NCBI GenBank assembly: GCA_002104945.1
Contig: MCFH01000026.1
Span: 372,001-436,000, forward strand
Origin: Piromyces finnis finn
Taxonomy: Eukaryota > Fungi > Neocallimastigomycota
Direction: 5' to 3'
Length of the DNA stretch: 64,000 nucleotides
The position numbers and the translations under genes are program-made. The notes beneath the pieces are model-generated. The model had not been told where the DNA came from and made no database searches. It saw only the letters and a program-made list of their open reading frames with translations. Positions 26,466-39,000 of the stretch are shown piece after piece; positions within the stretch are counted from its first letter, which is position 1, and every line of letters starts with the position of its first letter.

Positions 26466-27731
26466 TAAAAGGATTTCTTCTTTTTTCTTTGATAAAGCTA
26501 GGAAGAATTATAAAAATTATATTATATCCTTTTGTAGATTTATTACTATTATTCAAAGTTTTATTACAATAGCATTATAAAAGTATTTATTATCACTAAT
26601 ACCAGTAATATCTGACAAAAGTTTTCCACAATGTTTAGCTTTAAAGGAATAATGATAATATTATCAATCATAAATTTGTTATTTATAATTATACCATATT
26701 ATTAAATAAAGGCAAAAGAATAGGAAACTATTATTCATCAAAAAGTAAATTTAATTCGTAAGTTATGTTAAATGAATTAGAAATAAAATAAAGGAAATAA
26801 AATGAATAATAGTTCAATGGACTATGAAATAATAATAAAAAAAATATGCTTTTCAGTAATATTATTATAATACTTCATTTCCTATTTATATTGGCATATT
26901 AATATTTATTTAAAAAAAATAGTAAAAAGTTCTTTAATTCAGTAACATCATTACTATTAATTAGTTGATTGTTTTTTATTAAACATTTTGAAAAATTATC
27001 AAGACTATAATTTTTAGTCATATAAATTATTTTTTATTATACTTTTTTAAAATAATAAATTTAAAAAAACTAATTTTTAATTGAAAAATAACTTTTTTTT
27101 ATTGTATAACTTTTAACCAAACCTTTAATGAAAAGCTTAAGGCATCATCCTTTTTTAAACTTGTAAATAAAAAAAAAATTATAATTCTAGATTAATTATA
27201 TTATAATTATGTATAATAAGATTAATGTATGAATGAACTACAACTACTTAATGTAATACATTTTTTTAGTCTAAAATTGGCAGAACTATTTTAATAATAT
27301 TTAAAGTTTTTAAGATAGGGGTATTCTTTAAACTAGTTTTAAATGTAATATATTGTGGCGTATTAAATAAAAAATTATAGAATATAAATTATAATATTAA
27401 ATATATTAGAAAAAATACATGATAAATTTCTTTTTATATTAATGTATGGCGTTATTCCATATTTATTAAATATTAATATATCCAATATAAGTTTGTAGAA
27501 TAATGTAGTAAATTATAAATTTTTTTTTTTTGGTTGGTAATAAAAGAAATTAATTTAAAATTTCATATTAATATAATATGTGTAACAATAAAATATATGG
27601 ATTATCTTATTAATGTCATAAACCTTATTTATTAATATTCTAATTATGAGAAGAAATAAAAAAATAAAAATATAAAAAAGAAGAAAAATATCTATAATTT
27701 ACAAAAATAAAAAAAAATTTAAAAAAAAAAG

Positions 27732-28857
27732 ATGAAGTCATCTTTATTAATTAAATTATTTAGCTTTATTGCTGTTGTTGCCAGCATTTATGCTAGCCCA
27801 ATTTCAAAAAAACATCATAAAGAAAACAAGATTACTTTAGCTGTTGAGTAAATATTAAATATACATGCAAAAAAAAAAATATATATAAATTTAATACTTC
27901 ATCATTGAATAATATTGCTTATTGTTCATATTATATATTTAATTTAAATAGTTCTAATGTAAATTACTACAAGGATGTAGATCTTGATGTTTATTATCAA
28001 AAGAGTAGTTTAAAAAAATTAGAAAAGAAACCAGTTGTTATCTACATTTACGGTGGTGCTTGGTGTTCAGGTATGTAATAAAATAAATAAAATAAAAAAA
28101 AAAGAATTCAAGTAGGTATTAAGAATTTATATAAATAAAAATGAATATAATAATAGGTAATAAGGAAAAGAACGCTTACATGGGTGAATTCCTTAATGAA
28201 AATGGATATGTTTCTGTTGTACCAAATTACCATGTTTTCCCAAATGCTACTAATATTGAAACTATGGTTGATGAAGTTTATCATGCTATTCAATGGACTA
28301 ACAAAAATATTCACAAGTATGGTGGTGATAAAAAAAGAATGACTATTGTTGGTCACTCTGCTGGTTCTCATTTAATTGCTTTAACTTTAGTCAAATCTTC
28401 TCTTGGTATGAAGAATCTTGGAAAACCATTAAAGAAATTACCAACCTTTAAGGATGTTTTATTATTAAATGGTCCATATGTCGTTGGAAATATTGAAGAA
28501 TCTATCGAAATCTACTCTAAATATGGTATGATTGAATATGCTGAAGCTTTCAAGGGTTTATTCCTTAATAAAACCGGCTACAATCCACAAGATATTCTTG
28601 CTGAAAGAAAGAAGAAGTCCATTAAATCTCTTGGTACCGAACACATTACTTTCTTAGAATGTACCGAAGACATGACTGTTCCACTTGGTTCAGCTGATCC
28701 AATGATTGAACAAGTTAAACGTACTGTTAAAAACATTTCCATAAAACATGTTGTTACTGAAGGTGAACATAGTGCTGTTAATCATGGTATTAGAGATGGT
28801 GATGAAGAAGCTAAAAAGATTTTCATTAATTTAGTTAAAAAATACAATAAACTTTAA
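27732..28857 (+). CDS. Secreted alpha/beta-hydrolase carboxylesterase, copy 3 (type A)
   Basis: Same 3-exon structure; exon 3 and intron 2 nearly identical to copy 1; YGGAW, GHSAG, GEHS. Confidence 0.88.
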
Positions 28858-30189
28858 TTCAAAAAATAAAGTGAGAAAACTATTAAAAAAAAAAATAGAA
28901 AAAATATAAAATTAAAAGTTAAAATAGAAATTAAATTATTTATATTACAAATTTAAAAAAAAAAAAAAAATAGAAACAAAAACAAAATAAAAAAAGTAAT
29001 ATATAAAATAGTTACTTTAAATAAGAATAGAAAAATGTATATAAATATTTATTATTTAAAAAAATAAAGTTAATAAAAAAAAAACTTTTAGTGTAAAATT
29101 TATTCTTTAGTATGTGTCAATAAATTTAAGTTTAGTTGAAAATAATGTTTTTTTTTTTTTTAAATTAAAAATAACTATTTATTTTAATTACTTTTAAACA
29201 ATATACTATTGATCATGGTATATTCTGAAAGGGTCTATTCAATAAATATTATACTGGGAAAGTAGAATAAAAATAAAGCCAAGCATTGGATCAATATGCT
29301 ATCTATGAATTTTAATTAATGAATGTAAAAAAATTCAAATAATTTCCTGGTATATCAATAATAACCTATTAAACTATTACAAATTTAAAAAAAAAAAAAA
29401 AAAAAACTTTTAATATTAAAGAAAGGGAAGATACTTTGTCCACCTTTTTCTTAAAGTTTTTAATTATTTGGTGTCTGTAATGTGTAATGTTGATCATATA
29501 TAAAGTTTTAATTAAAAAAGAAATTTGCAATAATTGACCATGTTTAATTATGAAAAAATGTTACCTATATATTTATATTTATATCATTGTAACCATATAA
29601 ATTTATATGGTAAATGGTATTAGATGTTATTATTAAAATAGTTAAAATTATTAACATGAAAAATATTGATTAATGACATAAATAATAAATATGTTATCAT
29701 CACTTAAACTGTTAGATTTAGGTTTGTAACTATACGTAACATTATTTATAATATAATTAAATCTAATGTCAATTACAAACAAATATAAACAAACAATTGT
29801 ATAGAATAATTATAGAATGATATTAAACTTTATATTTTATTTTATTATTCATGACATTATATTGTTTCTAATTATAGCTGAAAATTTCTTTTTTTTTTTT
29901 TATCACTAAAGACTTGTTTTGAATATTCAATCCATTCATTCAATCATTCATTTACTCATTTTTTCAAAAAAAAAAAAAAAAAAAAAAGGTTATAAATTAA
30001 AATTAAAAATAAAACATTTATAGTAAATTTTAAATATTAAGTTTATTTATTATTAAAGTAATACGTCCGTCATTATTTCCTTTTTCATTAAATAAATCTA
30101 ATATTCTTTATTTTTTAAAATTAATATTTTATTTATTATAAAAATTATCCGTCTTCAAATTTACCATTTTCTTTTTTAAAAATATTAAT

Positions 30190-31860
30190 GTTTAAAAATG
30201 GAATGTGGCTTTTTGCAATTATAAAAGACGTATCATTTCTGTTAAAGATCCAAAAGCTAATTTAAGAATTCTTGGCTTTAATATCCTTATGATCGACTCT
30301 AACAGAAATTATAAATGCAGACTGCTGGTAGGAATATCCCCTTGTAACTTTAAAAATTTACTTAATTTATTAAATATTATGTATATTAATAAAAAAATAA
30401 AAAATATCATTAACAATTTATTTTTATGAATAATTCATTATTTTAGAAAAAAGTATATAAAGCCGAATTGTTTCCTCTTTTCTTTTTTTTTTTTACTTTT
30501 CATCATCAACAACTGTTTTAATTATATTCTTTATAATAATTAATAAATAATTAAATTATTATAACTATTTAAATTGGCAAATAATATTTAAAATTCTCCT
30601 TAAATATTTTATTTCTTTATTAGTAACAAAAAAAAAAAACGGACTCCACAAATACTGCTCTTATTGTAAATGAATTAAGATTATTTTACAAATTCATTAA
30701 TTTATTAAATGAAGTCGAAATTAACTATTCTATAAAATGCTTCATAGATGTGAACTTGTTCAGAAACCATAAATCTCAATTAAAAAACAAAAATAAATTG
30801 ATGAAAATGGAAAAAAAGCTGCATCTGTCCAAAGGATATTCCTAACGAAAACAAATTCTTGAAATACATTCCTTTCAAAATGTATAATAAAACTGATGAA
30901 GTAAAATATTGTTGAACTTATTATTGAAGATCTTTTTAATGAAATATTAAATCATTTTAATCAATCAATCAAAAAAAAGTTTATCTATTAAAATGTAACT
31001 TTTCAACAAAAAGTGATAAAACATTATATGAAATTGCTCAAAAAGTAAAGAAAATGCTTGATGAAAAATTTAATAACTCTATTGAGATTATTGAATTAGA
31101 TCCATTTGAAAACAATACAGTAAAAGTAAGGATTCCTTTCTGTGACCAATCTAAAAGTAATTTCTATATATAAATTAATTATAAATATTAGTCATCCTTT
31201 TTCAGATATAAGCAAACGAAAGATAACCATTCAAGAATTGATAAATTTATATATTTACATAACGAAGGAAAAAGTAATGAAATCCTCTACTATTTGGATT
31301 CTTATTTTGAATACGATAATAGTCAAAATTTAATATCACATTCTACAATTTTCATATTAATAATTTTGCGTCATCAACACCATCTTCACCAAATTATGAT
31401 TTTCTTAATTTAAATTGTTCAATTGAAAACTCTTTTTTGAATTTTATAACATCTCCACTATCACCAAAAAATAATGTTAATTAAAATGATTTATTATTAT
31501 CACTATCATCATTATCATTATTACAACAGAATATTAATTTTTATTCAAATAAGATATCTCTACCAAATTATAATTTATCTCAAAATTATCTTCCACAATC
31601 AACATCAACAATATCATTAAATGATCCAAGTTTATTACCACAAAATTTTATAATTTAGTACAATCATCATTATATATATCAAATAATATATAGAATCATT
31701 TAATTAATCAAATGCCTTTACAAATTAATCGAAATAATATTCAATTTCTTCAAAATAATTATTCAGATAATTCAATTATATAAAATAATGAACATCAATT
31801 GAATAATAATATCGATAATCTACTTTCTACTAATATACCAATGCTTAATGTTCATAATAA
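30190..31860 (+). pseudogene. Degenerate coding-like relic between esterase copies 3 and 4, family unidentified
   Basis: Protein-like fragments (KVYKAELFPL; DSTNTALIVNELRLFYKF; IVELIIEDLFNEILNHF; YEIAQKVKKMLDEKFNNSIEIIELDPFENNTVKVRIPF) broken by stops/frameshifts, ending in an N/S/Q-rich low-complexity tail. Confidence 0.4.
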
Positions 31861-32733
31861 TACATCATGAAATTCAAAATTTTAAGGATTATTCAAAATT
31901 TTTTATTTATAAGGATAGTAAATATATAAGTCTATAAAGTAATAATTTTATTTAATTTAATTTTTGAATGTATAATGAATTTAAGTTTATATTTTCTTAT
32001 ATTAATAATATAAAAAATAAAAATATAACAATCTAATTTTCTAATATTAAAAGAAAATTGGTAAAGCATAAATTACAGTATTTACAAATATTACAATCAA
32101 CCCTAAACATTATGGAGAATAATATATTATAATTAGATGACTACATTAATTATTATAAAACGTAATTTATAATTTATTCAAATTTAAAATTAAAGTTTTA
32201 CTTTCATTAAAAGTAAAGTAATCAATTTTAATTAATAATAGAACTAATTACTATATTATTAAAAAATAATTAATAATGCAAAAAAACATCACTTTTTCTT
32301 TATATTATGACTAATAATTTTAATTATTTAAATTCATCTTTTATAATGTATCCAATATAAAATAATTTAAATAAATTAATATTTGAAAAAAATGAAAATA
32401 TTTATATCTAACATTTTGTGTTTCTTTATAAATATTTATATTTAAGTAAAACCTTTTATTTATTGATATAATTTTTTTATTTCTACCTAAATATTACTAA
32501 ATATTTTTAAAATAGGAAAAAATATTGACTTTAATATTTTTATGATTTAGGTTTATAGGTAAAACTATAAAATACATTTTAAAAAAAAATATTAAATAAT
32601 AAAAATACTTTAATTTAAAAAAAAAAAAAAAAAAAAACAAGTTAAAAGGAAAGTTGAAACTAATTGTTTTTAGAATACTTAAATATTAAAAGGAATTATA
32701 GACAACCAGTTAAATTTTATAAAATATTTTCAT

Positions 32734-32734
<1 letters not shown>

Positions 32735-32764
<30 letters not shown>

Positions 32765-32765
32765 G

Positions 32766-32798
<33 letters not shown>

Positions 32799-32799
32799 G

Positions 32800-32879
<80 letters not shown>
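32735..32879. repeat. (AAT)n microsatellite with two AGTATAT interruptions
   Basis: Read directly. Confidence 0.95.
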
Positions 32880-34292
32880 TTATTATTATTATATTATATC
32901 ATTAAATATTTCAAAATATTAATATCAAAGCATAAAACATAATTAAAAACTAAATATCTTCCTTATCACTAATTTTAATTATTAAAATAAAATTAAAAGC
33001 AAATATAATCATATATTCTATAAAAATCAAACAAATCTCTCTCTTCTGTTCCATAGATAGAGTGTTTTAAGTTTTATCTTACTAAACAATTATTATCTAG
33101 ATTTTATGAAGCTAATTTTCAATAGGTTTAATAAACATCTAAAGTAATAAAGAGGGTCGACATCATGCAGATATGGCAAAGGAAAATTTTTAATATTATA
33201 TACATATGGTCTAATATTAATTTTTTAAACTAAGTTTAAGTATCATTAAATTATTCATTTAATATTATTTGTATATAATTTACAAAGAGCATATAATTAT
33301 ATACATGTAATAAAAATAAATTTATATATCTTTTCCTTTTCGTAATTATAAACTACTTGTTTTTTTGTTTGTTTGTTATAAATTAAATATTTATAGTGAA
33401 ATTAATGTTTAAAATATAATTTAAAAACAATATAAAAAGAAATTATTTACATAATTCTATGTTCTAATGAAAGTTTATTATATCAACCGATCAAATTATT
33501 TACGCCTCATTTAATTTTAATCACGTTATTTCATGATTATTTTTTAATTTATTTTATGTATTTATTAGTTATAAATAAATTATATTTACAATAAATAAAG
33601 ATTATTTATTGATGCTATAGATTATTCTTTTCTTCTAAAAAAACGGATTGTTTTTTATTTAAAAAACTAGGAGTTATATATATTAATATAACAGATTATT
33701 CTTTTTTTCTAAATTTTAAGAAAATTTTTTTATTTATTAAAATATTTAATAATATATAATAATATATAATAATTATTATTTCTCTTTTTTATATTTGAAA
33801 AGATCTGTTTTATTATTCAATATAATTTTCAACTTTTTAAAAATGAAATATATTTAAATTTTTTTTTAGAAAAAAGTAATAATAATAATAATAATAATAA
33901 TACTACTAATAATAATAATATTGAATAATATTGAATTATGCTACATGTAATTGGTAGAGTTAATTTTTTAATCCTTATTTATAATGCAAAATGTTAAGTG
34001 GTTTCATTTAATATACAAAATAACCTTCTTTCTATATGTAATAAAATGTGGCTTAATGCATATAGTAGGATGAAATTATTGATAAATGAATTTAATTTAT
34101 TTTTTTATTTTAAACTAAAAAATTAATTTAAAATTTTATATTAAAATATATTGTTATATTGTACAATATTAAATATTGGGATTAACTTCTTAAACTTTAT
34201 TTATTAATATTTTAAATATTAAATAAAAAGATAGAATATAAAAAGAAGAAAATATTTCTATCTTTTTTTGAATTAAAAAAAAAAAAAAAAAG

Positions 34293-35539
34293 ATGAAGTC
34301 ATCTATATTAATAAAATTATTTAGCTTTATTGCAGTTGCTGCTAGCATTTATGCTAGTCCAATTTCAAAAAAACATCATCATAAAGAAAAGATTACTTTA
34401 GCTGTTGAGTAAATATTTATTTAAACTTATTAAACTAAAATAAAAAATAGATATAATATATCATTTACATAAAAAAAATAATTAATATTAAAATATACAC
34501 GCAAAATACATATATATTTAATATTTTATCGTTGTATTAAATTACTAATTATTCACATTATATTTAATATAAATAGTTCTAATGTTAACTTTTATCATGA
34601 CTTAGATCTTGATGTCTATTATCAAAAGAGTAATTTAAAAAAATTAGAAAAGAAACCAGTTGTTATCTACATTTATGGTGGTGGTTGGTGTACAGGTAAA
34701 TAATAAAATGAAAATTAAAAATATTATCAATTTATTATTGTATAATTAAATTGTTATAAATAAATATAAAATAAAATAAAAAAAAATATTCATAAATTAT
34801 TTATATAAATAAAAATGAAATATAATTATATAATTATAGGTAGTAAGGAAGGTAGCACCTATATGGGCGATTCCTTAGTGAAAATGGATATATTACTGTT
34901 ATACCAAATTACCATATTCATCCAAATGCTACTAATATTGATACTATGGTTGATGATGTTCACCATGCTATTCAATGGACTTACAAAAATATTCACAAGT
35001 ATGGTGGTGATAAAAAAAAAATGACTCTCTCTGGACACTCTGCTGGTTCTCACTTAGCTGCTTTAACTTTAGTTAAATCTTCTATTGGTATGAAGAATCT
35101 TGGAAAACCATTAAAGAAATTACCAACCTTTAAGGATGTTTTATTATTAAATGGTTTATACGTTGTTGGTGATATCGAAAAAGGTATCGAACTTTTCAGT
35201 TCAATTGGTATGATGAATTATGTTGAAGCTTTCAAAGATTTATTCCTTAATAAAACTAATTATAATCCACAAGATATTCTTGCTGAAAGAAAAAATAAGT
35301 CTATTAAGTCTTTCGGTACTATACACATTACTTTATTAGAATGTACTAAAGATACAGATGCTAAACCTGGTTCAGCTAAATTAATGATTGATCAAATTGA
35401 ACGTACTGTAAAGAAAATATCCACTAGTACTTATCTTTTTGACGGTAACCACAATGCTGTTAATCATGGTATTAGAGATGGTGATGAAGAAGCTAGAAAG
35501 GTTTATATGGAATTACTTACAAAGTATAATAAACCTTAA
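34293..35539 (+). pseudogene. Esterase copy 4 (type B) with a 1-nt deletion frameshift in exon 3 (pseudogene or sequencing error)
   Basis: Paralogs read ggt gaa ttc ctt (GEFL); this copy reads ggc ga ttc ctt at 34866-34876. The rest of the gene (signal peptide, GGGW, GHSAG, splice sites) is intact. Confidence 0.7.
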
Positions 35540-36063
35540 ATGAAATAAATAAAAAAATTTTTTTTAAAAAATAGAAACTAAAATAGAAAAAAATAATAGA
35601 AATTAAATTATTTTAATTGCATATTTAAAAAAAAAATAGAATAAAATAAATATATATCTATGTAATAGATACTTAAATTATATAATACATAATAGAAAAA
35701 TATTTAAAGAAAAATAAAATTAATAATTAAAAAAAATATCTTTGAAGGTATCACTTGCTTCCTAATATATTTATTAATTCCTTAATAAAAAATATAGTGT
35801 AAAAAATTTTTTTAATTCATTATTAATATCAAATGCTTGTAAATTAACAAAGACCTTTTTTTAATTTTATTAAGAAACCAAAATTCAAAATAGGATAAAT
35901 TCCTACTTTATTTTACTCTCATTATAATATTTCATTAATATATTATATTTCATTTTTTGAAGAAAAAAAAAAAAAAAAACCTTTTTTTTTTTCAATTATT
36001 TTCTAATTTCTTTCTTATTTTATTATATAAATATAATAAAATATTAAAATAGTATCAATTTAT

Positions 36064-39000
36064 TTATTCTTTTATAATTCCACCATGTTTTTTTATAAAC
36101 TGTATAATATCATCATTTTTAGATAATAAAGCAAAATAAAGTGGTGTTCCTGAATTAAACGGAGGTATTTTATTAATATCAGCACTATGATGAACTAAAT
36201 ATTTTATAATATAAACTTTTCTTAATAAAATAGCAAACTTTAATGGGGTGTAAAGAATTCTATTTTCTTCTCTACCAGGAAAGTTAATATCTGCACCAGA
36301 TTCAATTAGATAATTTATTATGGTAATTGACCCATTTTCAATAGAATTTAGCAAAAATGTATCATTCCTCTCTAAATGATGATTAACATCAATGCCTTGG
36401 TCTATAAAATATTTTACCATGTCAACATGTCCTTCTCTTATAGCATCTAAAAGCAATAAAGAATAATCCGTTGTTTGTTTATACTTTAATAGATCCTTAA
36501 TAATACTCAAATTTCCAACTTTCATGGCTACGTGAATAGGATCAACTTTATAAGGATATTTATAATAATTATTATTAGGATTTTGAAATTTTTTATTCAT
36601 CAAATCCTTTATCCTATCCATACGTTGATTTATAATATCAAAACTTAACTCAGTAATCGTAGGCTTTTTTTCATTATATTTATATTTTGCTTTATTCTCA
36701 ATTAGATAGGAAATGATATCACGATTCCCAAGTTGAATGGCTATCTTTAATGCTGTATCTCCATTCTTATTTTCACTATGAATATTAATGCCTGTTTCTT
36801 CAACCAGGTAACGAATAACATCCATTCGATTATGAATAACAGCAGTCATTAAATAAGTATAATATTTTTTATTTTTATAATTTATATCGGTGGCACCGTT
36901 TTCAACTATATATTTGATCATCACTAAATCATAACCATTTTCAATCATACGACCAATAAAGGTTTCTTCCCCATCAGAAATATCTACATTAGCCCCATGA
37001 TCAATAAAATATTTAATTAAATAATAATGACGATAACTATTCTTTTTAAATAATTTAAATAATAATGAAAATAGTAGAGGTTTGTCATTATAATGAACAT
37101 TAATATCAACTCCATTCTCCACTAAAAATTGTAAACATCCAATTTCATTATTCTTAAATAGTTGAAATGCATTATTCATAGCAATATATAAAAACATTCC
37201 ACTCTTGGAAGAATCTATATCAATGATATTTTTTGAGTAAAAATATTTTAACAAATCATAATGATTTCCAAATATGATATAGCGAATAATTTTTTCATCA
37301 TTTATCTTTTTTGTATCAATATGGCAATCAATTAAATATTGAATAATGGAAAGATTTGCATTTCTAATGGCATACACTAAAATGTCACCTTCCATTTGAT
37401 TTTCTAATTGTTCATTATACCGAATTTGTATTAAGAGTTTTAATACCTCAAGACGATTTTCATCAATAACTTTTTTAATAACATTTTCGTCTATTTCTTC
37501 TGTACTCACCCCATTATGAAATAAGTATTGTATAATTTTTAAATTTTCTTTTTCGATAGCGCACCTTAAAAGAATTCGTATATCTTTTTTATTTATATTT
37601 ACAACTTTATTGATATATATAGGCCATAGAATTTGAAAAACTTCAAAACTAGTCTCTTGTATCAATTCTTTAAATAAATAATTATCTATCCTTAGATTGA
37701 AATCATTGTTTATCAAATATTCAATAATTTTCGCACTATTAAACTTTATTGCATCAAAAAAAAGAAGATTGGCATCATGATAAAATGGAATGATATAACT
37801 TGGTAGTAGTAACTTTAATAGATCTATTCGATCACACTTTATAATTTCCCTAATGATATCTACAGAAAAAATATCTATATTGTCTTTGATAAATATCTTC
37901 ATAAAGGATGATTCACTTTTATTTTTGATAATATAGAATAAGGCTTCCTTCATATCTTGTAGAGCTTTATTCCTTTTGGGACAAGATAAAACTTGCTCAA
38001 TCATTGACTTGATCCATTGTTTTTTTTCTTCCATACTAAAATCTTTTCTTTCCATGATACTTCCATATATAGTCGTTGTGGGGTAGCCCTCACTTAAATC
38101 ATCATTATTCATTTGCTGAAATATCATTAAATATATTTCTTTATTTTTAAGGATCAAGGATATTTCCATTGGAGATTTAATATTTCTAATTCTACTTTTC
38201 CTTCCATAAATATCGGCACCATATTGTATTAAGGTTTTAATCATTCTCAGATCTTCTTTTAAAATTGCATAATGTAAAATGGAATAGCCATATTCATCCA
38301 ATTCATTAATATCGCAGTAAGGAATCAAATAAGTGGTGAGATTAGGGTAATTTAATAGATAAGATAGTATGATTAGGGTAAATCCATGGAAAGGATCATT
38401 ATGAATCAAATGTTGTGAAGTATTACTCATAAAACTTTTATCTTTAACTTCTTTAATTCTTAATTCTAATTTGTTAATATCGTTCGTACATACTGCATGA
38501 ACAAAGGATGAAATGGTAGAAAGATCATTTTGCTCAAATCCAAATTTCAGTGAAATGTTATTATTTTTCATTAACCTATTTAAAATTTGATAATTTTTAT
38601 ATTTTATTGGTAATTCCAATAGGAAATTATTATTTGGATGAGATAAACGGTAATTGTTTTTATCAATAGATAGGAAAAAATCTAATAATTCTAAATTTCT
38701 TTCCTCTCTAATATGCTTTTTACCGTCATCATTCGAAAAGGAAGTGGATAAAATTGTTTTTATGGGAAGATCCCCATTTCTATCCTTGGTATTAATCTTT
38801 ACCATTGATTTTAACTTTTTAGTCACCACAATGTATTTAACATATTCTAATTGATTAAGTTTAATAAGAACGTTAATAATCAAAGAAAGATATGAACTAT
38901 CCATATTATCTTTAATATAGCCTATTCCTAATTTAGTTCTTTGTCTTTTTTTATCCATTCCTTCCTTTCCTGTAATATTTATTAATGTAACATTTAATAC

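Noticed and set aside
21279-28857. ORF-track 238-aa esterase starts (MNIIIG...)
   Set aside because: These Mets lie in intron 2; the true genes begin about 400-530 bp upstream with a signal-peptide exon.
21506-35053. Minus-strand ORFs overlapping the esterases
   Set aside because: Antisense shadows without independent protein features.
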